In this document: piece by piece, positions 1-6,808 of the stretch
Numbering within the stretch: position 1 is the first letter of the stretch
Layout: every line of letters begins with the position of its first letter
Source: a virus
Direction: 5' to 3' (one strand)
Virus record (IMG/VR): IMGVR_UViG_3300042882_000899
Location: 50,961-114,960 of that record
DNA length: 64,000 nt
Notes under the pieces: generated by a model
Seen by the model: the letters and a program-made list of their open reading frames with translations, nothing else
The model's database searches: none
Told to the model about the DNA's origin: nothing
Translations under genes and position numbers: made by a program

Positions 1-181
1 TATCTTTCATGTAATTATCTTGAAAATCTAGTAACGCCTCATTGTAAGCAATTGGGTCACAATCTTTTAAGATTTGGGAGGGATAGAAAACAGCGTTACC
101 CATTTCATAGACGGGATAACAATCATCAAGCATTTCATCAAATAATTGTTTAATCGCAAAAGTAATTTCGAAATCTAGCAT
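1..181 (-). CDS. Hypothetical early protein, 3' end truncated by window (MLDFEITFAIKQLFDEMLDDCYP...)
   Basis: Manual translation; ATG at 181 overlaps the TAA of the upstream gene (TAATG) and follows an AAGGA SD; open to the window edge. Confidence 0.7.
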   Translation of the reverse strand, partial: MLDFEITFAIKQLFDEMLDDCYPVYEMGNAVFYPSQILKDCDPIAYNEALLDFQDNYMKD

Positions 182-342
182 TAGTTAGTTTCCTTATCTT
201 TTAGAATGTTAAGAATAATTTGTAATTGTTCAACAGAAAGAAGTGCTTGAGCACAACCCCATGTAAATGCTAAATCCATTTCTTGATAATGTTTTTTAGC
301 AAGTGTATTTATTTCTTGCGTTAATTCGAAATTAGTTTTCAT
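181..342 (-). CDS. Hypothetical early protein, 53 aa (MKTNFELTQEINTL...)
   Basis: Manual translation; translationally coupled at both ends (ATGA and TAATG overlaps). Confidence 0.7.
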   Translation of the reverse strand: MKTNFELTQEINTLAKKHYQEMDLAFTWGCAQALLSVEQLQIILNILKDKETN

Positions 343-515
343 TTAGATACATACCAATCTGTCCACATAGGAAGTTGCTCAGGGTCACTATCATAGTAGT
401 AACGCTCAATGTTTTGTTCACAATCCATACAGAAAGTGTATTGCTCATCTCCGATTTCTGAGATAGCGGATTTCATAGGGTTATGTTCTTTACATAGCGT
501 GTTTAGTGTAGTCAT
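339..515 (-). CDS. Small Cys-containing hypothetical protein (MTTLNTLCKEHNP...CMDC)
   Basis: Track ORF 339..572 re-started at ATG 515, which follows SD GAAAGGTGG and the promoter at 550-625. Confidence 0.7.
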   Translation of the reverse strand: MTTLNTLCKEHNPMKSAISEIGDEQYTFCMDCEQNIERYYYDSDPEQLPMWTDWYVSK

Positions 516-549
516 TTGAGACCACCTTTCTTTTTGTTTGTATGTCGCT

Positions 550-625
550 ATTGTAGCAGGGGGGTCTGACATTTTGACCTGTTTCTCGGGCGTGTCGCAA
601 AACTATTTTTGTGATAAAAATCACA
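550..625 (-). promoter_or_regulatory. Compound early promoter 1: CRP-type palindrome + GACAC box + TGTCAG + extended -10
   Basis: TGTGA-TAAAAA-TCACA 610-625; minus-strand CGACACGCC 597-589; TGTCAG 571-566; TGC-TACAAT with -10 at 555-550. Confidence 0.75.
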
Positions 626-637
626 TAAATCCTGGGG

Positions 638-669
638 TTTTCCACAGATGCCCGTAAGCCTGTGGATAA
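638..669. promoter_or_regulatory. Inverted pair of DnaA boxes
   Basis: TTTTCCACA 638-646 (1 mismatch) and TGTGGATAA 661-669 (perfect TTATCCACA on the minus strand). Confidence 0.55.
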
Positions 670-671
670 CT

Positions 672-689
672 CCCGCAAGTACTTGCGGG
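672..689. repeat. Perfect 18-bp palindrome CCCGCAAGTACTTGCGGG
   Basis: Read directly from the sequence; GC-rich in an AT-rich genome. Confidence 0.85.
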
Positions 690-724
690 CCAGCTTGATA
701 ATGTCAAGCCGACACGCCGTTAGG

Positions 725-847
725 CTAGTGTGACTCTTGCCACAATTCACGCATCTCTGCCATGAAGTCATGGTAGGCGATCCTCGCCATGTATAGGGCG
801 GGAATAGCAATGGCTAATTGTACTAGTGTAGTAAGTAGTCTATTCAT
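725..847 (-). CDS. Small putative membrane protein, 40 aa (MNRLLTTLVQLAIAIPALYMARIAYHDF...)
   Basis: Manual translation; ATGA overlap with upstream gene; hydrophobic N-terminal helix; stop adjoins a near-consensus CRP site (729-744). Confidence 0.6.
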   Translation of the reverse strand: MNRLLTTLVQLAIAIPALYMARIAYHDFMAEMRELWQESH

Positions 848-1017
848 AGTGTAGCAACCGCCTTTATGTCCATTACATTAGCAGTAAACTTTTTACTCTT
901 TCCTAATTCGCTCTCATTAAGAGCATTGATTAGATTATCAATAGCCTTTACATCATGAGCAACATTATCGATTGAGATTAGTTTAGAGCCTTGCCAAATT
1001 GAGTAAGTGATAGTCAT
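844..1017 (-). CDS. Hypothetical early protein (MTITYSIWQG...)
   Basis: ORF track, re-started at ATG 1017 just after the upstream stop. Confidence 0.7.
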   Translation of the reverse strand: MTITYSIWQGSKLISIDNVAHDVKAIDNLINALNESELGKSKKFTANVMDIKAVATL

Positions 1018-1019
1018 TA

Positions 1020-1208
1020 TTAGTTCTCCCATGTTAGTGCGTATAGTTTTGCTAGTGCTTCATCATCTTCATCATCAAAGTCATCAAAGTCAAGCGCTGG
1101 CGCTTCATCTAGTTCATCATCAAGGTGACGATAGGCGTCTGATACATCTGATTGGATAGTGTCCCACTTAGAGACGGAATTATTTTCGTATGAGTATGCG
1201 TATGACAT
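1020..1208 (-). CDS. Small acidic hypothetical early protein
   Basis: ORF track; SD AAGGAG; very Asp/Glu-rich C-terminal half. Confidence 0.7.
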   Translation of the reverse strand: MSYAYSYENNSVSKWDTIQSDVSDAYRHLDDELDEAPALDFDDFDDEDDEALAKLYALTWEN

Positions 1209-1321
1209 TATTTATTCATCTCCTTAGCGATAGCCTCTGACTTAGTTAGTGCCTCTAGGGCGATTGCTAGGGAGGCAAGGCGTTGCGCCTCTACCATTTG
1301 CTTGTATTCATCTAGGTTCAT
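1208..1321 (-). CDS. Hypothetical early protein, 37 aa (MNLDEYKQMVEAQRLASL...)
   Basis: Manual translation; SD GAAAGAAGGT; TAATG overlap with the next gene. Confidence 0.65.
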   Translation of the reverse strand: MNLDEYKQMVEAQRLASLAIALEALTKSEAIAKEMNK

Positions 1322-1353
1322 TTATGACCTTCTTTCGTTGTTGTTATTCTGTA

Positions 1354-1418
1354 ATTGTAGCGTATGGGTCTGACAAATTGGGGAGGTTGGCTAGTGTGTC
1401 GGTGTGATACTAGTCACA
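1354..1418 (-). promoter_or_regulatory. Compound early promoter 2
   Basis: TGTGA-TACTAG-TCACA 1403-1418; GACAC 1400-1396; TTTGTCAGACCC; TACAAT 1359-1354. Confidence 0.75.
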
Positions 1419-1586
1419 CTCTCCACATGGGCATTGAGGAAACTCTCGCTCTTGCTTTATGCGGTTAGCGAGTCGCTCTACCTTTAGGTATGTATCAGCG
1501 GAGGCACCTCGGAAAGATACTACCTTTCCTTCAGCGATAAGGTGAGCAGCCTTAGCAATCTTTTGCTCTAGTGTTAGTGAAGTCAT
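1410..1586 (-). CDS. Hypothetical early protein, 58 aa, ending CPCGECD
   Basis: Manual translation MTSLTLEQKIAKAAHLIAEGK...; SD GAAAGGAAG. Confidence 0.7.
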   Translation of the reverse strand: MTSLTLEQKIAKAAHLIAEGKVVSFRGASADTYLKVERLANRIKQEREFPQCPCGECD

Positions 1587-1618
1587 TATTTAACTTCCTT
1601 TCTTTTTGTTATACCTTA

Positions 1619-1694
1619 AGCATAGCATGGGGGACTGACAAATTGACGCAAATCTCGGGCGTGTCGCAAAAAAACCTTTGTGATTAGCATCACA
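1619..1694 (-). promoter_or_regulatory. Compound early promoter 3
   Basis: TGTGA-TTAGCA-TCACA 1679-1694; CGACACGCC 1666-1658; TTTGTCAG; TGC-TATGCT with -10 at 1624-1619; 19-bp identity with promoter 1 (TCTCGGGCGTGTCGCAAAA). Confidence 0.75.
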
Positions 1695-1845
1695 CTCACG
1701 CTCAAGGCTCAAATAATTATGGGCGCACTATCCAAAATGTCCGTTTTGTCTAGGATGTGTATCATACATGTAAAAAATATATTAACATTTTTAGAAATCC
1801 TAAAAAGCAGTCGACTGGAATATAATGCGGTGGTACAATAGAAAC

Positions 1846-2586
1846 ATGGAAGATAAAACCTACAAAGAAGCTAACGATATATTCGGAGACAATCAAATAT
1901 TGTTTATGAATCACGGGTTTTGTCCAGTATCAGAAGATATACAGGATCTTGAATTTAAACATCAGGTAGAGTTATATAATCAAGCTATTAAAGAAATAGA
2001 TTTAGATGACAAAGTAGTTTTAGAAATTGGTTGCGGAAGAGGCGGGGGATCAAAATGGATTTCAAGCAAACACAATGTGCCTACATATCATGCTTGCGAT
2101 ATATCTGAAGAAAATATAAACTTTTGTAATAAAACAAATACTAATAATAATATAATATACTCAATTATGGATTCTCAAAATTTACAATATCCAGATGATT
2201 TCTTTGATCTTGTAATATGCGTAGAGTCTTCTCACAATTATAAAAACATGGAACTATTTTTTGAGAACGTAAGACGTGTGTTGAAAAAAACTGGTCAACT
2301 GGTTTTATTAGATAACTATGTTCTTGGAGAGGAAGCAATCCAAAATAAGCTGATGTCTATAGATAGCGTAAAAGGGTCGGCAGTAGGATTTAATGTTTTA
2401 GAATATGTCGACATTACTGAAAATGTAAAAGCATCCTGTAAAGAAGATATCGAATTAATAGACAATTGGGTTTCTGACATAAACGCAGCGGAAAAATTAA
2501 AGTCTATATCTTCTGGTTCATACAAAAGATATGAAAATAACCGCTGGGCCTATTTTAAATTTAAATTTGGTATGATAGATCTATGA
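1846..2586 (+). CDS. Class I SAM-dependent methyltransferase
   Basis: Motif I VLEIGCGRGGG, ACDIS, FDLVICVESSH, RVLKKTG; ATG 1846 lies 6 nt after TGGTACAAT (leaderless-type start). Confidence 0.9.
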   Translation: MEDKTYKEANDIFGDNQILFMNHGFCPVSEDIQDLEFKHQVELYNQAIKEIDLDDKVVLEIGCGRGGGSKWISSKHNVPTYHACDISEENINFCNKTNTNNNIIYSIMDSQNLQYPDDFFDLVICVESSHNYKNMELFFENVRRVLKKTGQLVLLDNYVLGEEAIQNKLMSIDSVKGSAVGFNVLEYVDITENVKASCKEDIELIDNWVSDINAAEKLKSISSGSYKRYENNRWAYFKFKFGMIDL

Positions 2587-2693
2587 CATGTTCATTTTGC
2601 GATAAATACGCATATACAAGTATAATAGATAACCGCGGGGTTAAATATCGACTTTGCGAAGTACATGTCAAAAAAATTAGCACAACTTCTTGA
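2583..2693 (+). CDS. Micro zinc-finger-like protein, 36 aa (CSFC...CEVH)
   Basis: Manual translation; ATGA overlap with the methyltransferase stop. Confidence 0.5.
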   Translation: MTCSFCDKYAYTSIIDNRGVKYRLCEVHVKKISTTS

Positions 2694-2719
2694 CTTCGAT
2701 AAAAGTTAAATGCTACACT
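2690..2719 (+). promoter_or_regulatory. Sigma70/SigA-type promoter
   Basis: TTGACT-N18-TACACT with TG extension. Confidence 0.5.
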
Positions 2720-2904
2720 TAGTTTGCTTTGTGGGGGGCTTACCCTGAAACTCAATATGTACCAGATAGTATCTGAGAATATATGTTCCAGGAATTGCTT
2801 TCTCTATCTTTCCAAAAAGAAAAAATTTGGGGGGTAGGGGGGCTTTCCTAAAATCTAATATCCCCAGATAAATCTATAAATACAAACAGAAAAGAAGGTG
2901 TATA

Positions 2905-3588
2905 GTGGATAATGGAATAGTCGACAAAGACAAAAACGTATACTTTTTGCATATTGCTGGTAATGGTGGAAGAGCTTTAAAAGAATATGTTTTAAATCCA
3001 TTGTTTGGTAAGCAATCTGATATAGTAGGAAAACATAACGGGTGGTCAGATTTTATTAATGATCAAACATATGTTATTTGCATATTAAGAGATCCTGTAA
3101 AGCATGCTTGCGGATTTTATCTTCACTTTGTATATAAAGAAAAAGAAGGAACTGATGTAAAGTCCCGATTCCTTGATTACTATAGAAATACAAAGCAGCT
3201 TCACAATTTTCAATCTCAAAATATACTTGTTTCAGGACAACATTTTAATTATGGGAATGGAAAACACTTTAATGAAGATCTAGCTGATACAGACTTAGAT
3301 CTACTTAACAGTAGAATTAAAAGAATAGATCTGCTTATAAGCCAAGATATGCTCCTTAATGACATTCAGCATGTCTCTAATGTTTTGGCTGAAAATTTAG
3401 ATCTACCAACAATCAAAATTAAAGAAGTTGACAAAACAAAATATTCAAATTATATGTCACGCAACTTGTATAAATCTCTTACAGAAGAAGAAAAACAGGA
3501 AATTCAAAATTTAAATAGTATTGATTATAAAATTTATAGTCAACTAAGATTAGAAGAAATAAAAAAACGGGGAGAGTACAAAAATTAA
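2905..3588 (+). CDS. Sulfotransferase-family (Sulfotransfer_2-like) protein
   Basis: YFLHIAGNGG resembles the FLHIPKTGG 5'-PSB loop; ILRDPV resembles the 3'-PB motif; C-terminal NxxDYxxY. Confidence 0.65.
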   Translation: MDNGIVDKDKNVYFLHIAGNGGRALKEYVLNPLFGKQSDIVGKHNGWSDFINDQTYVICILRDPVKHACGFYLHFVYKEKEGTDVKSRFLDYYRNTKQLHNFQSQNILVSGQHFNYGNGKHFNEDLADTDLDLLNSRIKRIDLLISQDMLLNDIQHVSNVLAENLDLPTIKIKEVDKTKYSNYMSRNLYKSLTEEEKQEIQNLNSIDYKIYSQLRLEEIKKRGEYKN

Positions 3589-3666
3589 GACTCTATATGC
3601 CATTATCATAGTCACAGTAATGACTACTATCCTTGGCATACTATATCAGATATGGCTCTAATATTA

Positions 3667-3741
3667 GGGCCTATAGCTTAATCTGGTTAAAGCACTTGTC
3701 TTATATACAAGCGACTTTGGGTTCAAATCCCAATGGGCCTA
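3667..3741 (+). tRNA. tRNA-Ile, anticodon UAU (reads AUA); CCA not encoded
   Basis: Cloverleaf: acceptor GGGCCTA/TGGGCCT, D-arm GCTT/AAGC, anticodon stem CTTGT/ACAAG with loop CT-TAT-AT (TAT 3702-3704), T-arm TTGGG-TTCAAAT-CCCAA. Confidence 0.9.
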
Positions 3742-3771
3742 CTTGGTTTAAATAGGGAGTATAATACTTAT

Positions 3772-3921
3772 ATGTTAGCTTATGATGTTCCTCTTTCCGC
3801 CCTCCTTTTTATTCTATGGGCAGGTGTACCTGTTGAGGAATACATAAAAGGTCCGTCTCAGGAAGAAACTCTAGCTTATATTGAGATGTTGAAGAGGATA
3901 CAGGAGAATGAAAATGAGTAA
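3772..3921 (+). CDS. Small hypothetical protein (MLAYDVPLSALLFILW...)
   Basis: Track ORF re-started at ATG 3772, 6 nt after TATAAT; this avoids overlap with the tRNA. Confidence 0.55.
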   Translation: MLAYDVPLSALLFILWAGVPVEEYIKGPSQEETLAYIEMLKRIQENENE

Positions 3922-4171
3922 ATACAGTATACTTACTGGTTTAAACAAAGAGCCTGGAAAATGCGAATATTGTGATGAAGATGCCTATGTTAAGTTAACC
4001 ATAAAATTAGAAAGTGCTAAAGACCTAAATGATCCTCATAAATGCGAATCTAGATTCTGCTCTATAAGAGGTGGAGTACAATTAGAAAGCATTAAGTGGT
4101 TATGTGCTGAATGTCTAAATGAAAAGCTTCCGCACGATTTTACGCACATGGGTAAATATGTCAATCTTTAA
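3908..4171 (+). CDS. Small zinc-finger-like protein (CEYC...CAEC)
   Basis: ORF track; SD AGGAG; paired CxxC motifs. Confidence 0.65.
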   Translation: MKMSKYSILTGLNKEPGKCEYCDEDAYVKLTIKLESAKDLNDPHKCESRFCSIRGGVQLESIKWLCAECLNEKLPHDFTHMGKYVNL

Positions 4172-4227
4172 TATTGAGGTCTCTATTTTTCGGCTCACTT
4201 TTCGACGCACTTTAGGACTAATCTAAT

Positions 4228-5010
4228 ATGATAAATATTGATCAAGATATACTTTACTTAAACAATAAACTTCTTTCTAATGATAGATTTGAAAAAATTC
4301 ACGATGAAATATACATATGCAAAAAATTTTTATCTGAAGAAGAGTGCTATATTCTAGTTGAGGATGCAAAAAAAGATATTGGTGCTCAAGGTAAACAATA
4401 TACAAGCAACCTTTTGATTAATTATAAGGACAGGCTTTTGAGCTTGATTGATTTTGAGAGTCAAGGCAATATAAAAGAGAGCAATATAAACGGTGGCTGG
4501 GATAAGCTTGTCTTACGATCAGATGGTGATTCCGATAAATTCCACATAGACATATATAATTATTTAAACAAGTATATGGAATCATCACAGATACAGTTTG
4601 ATGAAAGACTTGAAAAAATTAATACTTCATTCATGTCATTTGTGATTTACTTTTCAGAAGACTTTGATGGTGGAAGTATATCTTACCCAGAATACAACTT
4701 TAAGTACAAGCCATCTATTGGAGATATGATATTGCATAATGTTCAAATTGTTCACGGTGTTGAGCCAGTTACAAGCGGCGAGAGATGGTCGTATCAAGGA
4801 TCTATAGATATGGTTAAATATATTGAAAAAGATTTATTTACTAAGTTTATCGTTGACAATGAATATTTTCAAAATAGACATGACGCTTTAAAGATGCCTA
4901 AAGAGCCAGACCATAAGATGAAGGACGATATGTTTTTTTATAGAGAAGATCAGTCCCCTCTTTTAAACAAAAGATTACTTAAGTATGTTACTCAGGAGCC
5001 ATATCTTTAA
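4228..5010 (+). CDS. 2OG-Fe(II) oxygenase
   Basis: HID, FDGGSISYP, HGVEPVTSGERWS. Confidence 0.85.
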   Translation: MINIDQDILYLNNKLLSNDRFEKIHDEIYICKKFLSEEECYILVEDAKKDIGAQGKQYTSNLLINYKDRLLSLIDFESQGNIKESNINGGWDKLVLRSDGDSDKFHIDIYNYLNKYMESSQIQFDERLEKINTSFMSFVIYFSEDFDGGSISYPEYNFKYKPSIGDMILHNVQIVHGVEPVTSGERWSYQGSIDMVKYIEKDLFTKFIVDNEYFQNRHDALKMPKEPDHKMKDDMFFYREDQSPLLNKRLLKYVTQEPYL

Positions 5011-5824
5011 AGAATTCAGCTGCAAGTTCTTTGCCTTTTAGTCCAGATTCTTGCATAGCTTTAATTTTTTCTTTAGTAAACTGAGGATTTTGTATTAAAG
5101 GCTTCATCCATTCAAGTTCATATCTTTCTGATTTGTCTCCGATTTGATTGTAGTACTCATCAGTTTTGTAATTATAAAATGTTCCTGGATTATCTTCTGC
5201 TCTTAAAACAAAGTTTGAGTATGCGTATCTTGTTCCTGATGTAACTTCTCTAACACCGTGTGCATAATCAGCAAAAGCTCCATGTATTACAACATCTCCT
5301 TCTTCTGGCTGATATTCTAGGCATGGTCCGTCAAAATTAGTTGTTTTCTTTGTGCCATCTGGATTAAAGTTTGGATAAAATACAGCACCGCCTTCAAATT
5401 TTCCAAAATACCCAACTAGGCCATAATCAATTATGCAGCATGTTTGAAAAACATCTGGCTGCGATAGAAGGTGGCATGAGTGCTTTCCTGGAGAATCTGA
5501 GTGGATAAACATTCCTCCATCGCCAGGCTTAACTTTTAAAAAGTTTCTAGATGGATGGATTACGTATTCTGGATATATAAGTTCTGATATATACTCCCAG
5601 ATATCTATAATTCCACCGATAGGATTAGTAGTTTTTTCAGCATACCAATCAATTAATGTTTCTTCGTATTGAGTTGTCATCTGAGATTCTTTTTCCAGCT
5701 GTTCTCTAACTGACTCTAATATACTTTCTGGTATTATTTTTTTAAAAACAAAAACTCCTGTTTTTGTACCATATTCATCGATTGTTGAAACAATAGTTTC
5801 ACACTCTGGTTTATCGTAAAACAT
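4988..5824 (-). CDS. 2OG-Fe(II) oxygenase
   Basis: HSD, FEGGAVFYP, HGVREVTSGTRY. Confidence 0.85.
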   Translation of the reverse strand: MFYDKPECETIVSTIDEYGTKTGVFVFKKIIPESILESVREQLEKESQMTTQYEETLIDWYAEKTTNPIGGIIDIWEYISELIYPEYVIHPSRNFLKVKPGDGGMFIHSDSPGKHSCHLLSQPDVFQTCCIIDYGLVGYFGKFEGGAVFYPNFNPDGTKKTTNFDGPCLEYQPEEGDVVIHGAFADYAHGVREVTSGTRYAYSNFVLRAEDNPGTFYNYKTDEYYNQIGDKSERYELEWMKPLIQNPQFTKEKIKAMQESGLKGKELAAEFFKDMAPE

Positions 5825-5958
5825 TACTTCCCCCTAAAAAATTTATCCATAAGTTTTTCAATTTTGCATAACCAGGATTTACATTTATGATCTTTGTAGT
5901 TATTGAAATTAGCAAAGTACGGCCTTGTAGCAACTTGCTTAAAGTGATCTCTTGCCAT
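5824..5958 (-). CDS. Small hypothetical protein, 44 aa (MARDHFKQVATRPYF...)
   Basis: Manual translation; ATG 6 nt after TGGTATAAT; TAATG overlap with the oxygenase. Confidence 0.6.
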   Translation of the reverse strand: MARDHFKQVATRPYFANFNNYKDHKCKSWLCKIEKLMDKFFRGK

Positions 5959-5981
5959 TTCTTAATTATACCACCAATAAT

Positions 5982-6006
5982 AAAAAAACCCCATTTCTGG
6001 GGTTTT
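5982..6006 (-). terminator. Intrinsic terminator
   Basis: Stem AAAACCCCA/TGGGGTTTT with 4-nt loop and a T-run on the minus strand, directly after ORF 6011..6196. Confidence 0.7.
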
Positions 6007-6010
6007 CTTA

Positions 6011-6196
6011 TTACTTCAATAAATTATTAGCTAGCAACTCATCATACACTTCTGAAAGAAGGTATTCCATTGCCACTAGGCCTTCAGAAATCTTTGCTTC
6101 AACTTCCTCTTCTGGCATTCCAGAACCTTTGCCTAGGTATCTATTTCCTTCGAGAAACTTTTCAAGCATTAACTTTATTACAGACTCTTTATCCAT
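6011..6196 (-). CDS. Hypothetical protein
   Basis: ORF track; part of an overlapping minus-strand operon. Confidence 0.7.
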   Translation of the reverse strand: MDKESVIKLMLEKFLEGNRYLGKGSGMPEEEVEAKISEGLVAMEYLLSEVYDELLANNLLK

Positions 6197-6419
6197 TTTC
6201 TTCCCTTAAGTTGTTGTAAGCTGGACTGGGACCAAGGAGGAACCCATCTTTATGATATCCTATCATTTTTTCTATTTTTTGTAAATCTTCATCTGATTTA
6301 GCAAGCATATTAGCAATTAGGACCATAATGTCATATATTCTGTGAGACATTATATAATTTACAAGTGGTAAATTGTCTTCTAGAGCATCACTTTTTTCTG
6401 GACCCGCCTCATTCAACAT
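6189..6419 (-). CDS. Hypothetical protein
   Basis: ORF track; overlaps neighbours. Confidence 0.7.
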   Translation of the reverse strand: MLNEAGPEKSDALEDNLPLVNYIMSHRIYDIMVLIANMLAKSDEDLQKIEKMIGYHKDGFLLGPSPAYNNLREENG

Positions 6420-6600
6420 CTTTAGTCTTAATTCCGTCTATTGCTTCTTGAAGAGTGCTGCCACTTTCAAGGTGGTGATTTAAATATTTAATAAATACAG
6501 AAATGGCATTGGCAGCCAAAAAATCAGTATTCATATGTATGCATGGGATATTTCTAGAAACAGCCCTAACTAAATCTTGGTCTAGATCAATTTTTTTCAT
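6409..6600 (-). CDS. Hypothetical protein
   Basis: ORF track; overlaps neighbours. Confidence 0.65.
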   Translation of the reverse strand: MKKIDLDQDLVRAVSRNIPCIHMNTDFLAANAISVFIKYLNHHLESGSTLQEAIDGIKTKDVE

Positions 6601-6796
6601 TAATTTCTTTTTCCATTCTGCTGTAAAGTGCTAGTCCTATTTGTTTTTTATAATTGCAAGCTAAACAGTATAAGAATATTTCATCTTCTGTGTTAGCATT
6701 GGCAAAAAGAAAGCCTTGGCATAATGGGCAATCCATAGATGCAACAAGGCCTTCTCTTGCAAGAGTTAAATATGTAGATACTAGCTGTATCTTAAT
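6587..6796 (-). CDS. Zinc-ribbon protein (CPLC...CLAC), 69 aa, probable ATT start
   Basis: Manual translation (I/M)KIQLVSTYLTLAREGLVASMDCPLCQG...YCLACNY; fills the operon gap; SD AAAGGGGT precedes the ATT. Confidence 0.6.
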   Translation of the reverse strand: MKIQLVSTYLTLAREGLVASMDCPLCQGFLFANANTEDEIFLYCLACNYKKQIGLALYSRMEKEINEKN

Positions 6797-6808
6797 ATTA
6801 ACCCCTTT

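Noticed and set aside
490-810. 106-aa minus-strand ORF from the track
   Set aside because: Runs across the regulatory palindrome array and overlaps better-supported coupled genes (725..847, 339..515)
3733-3771. N-terminal extension of ORF 3733..3921
   Set aside because: Overlaps the tRNA 3' end; a better start lies at 3772 after TATAAT
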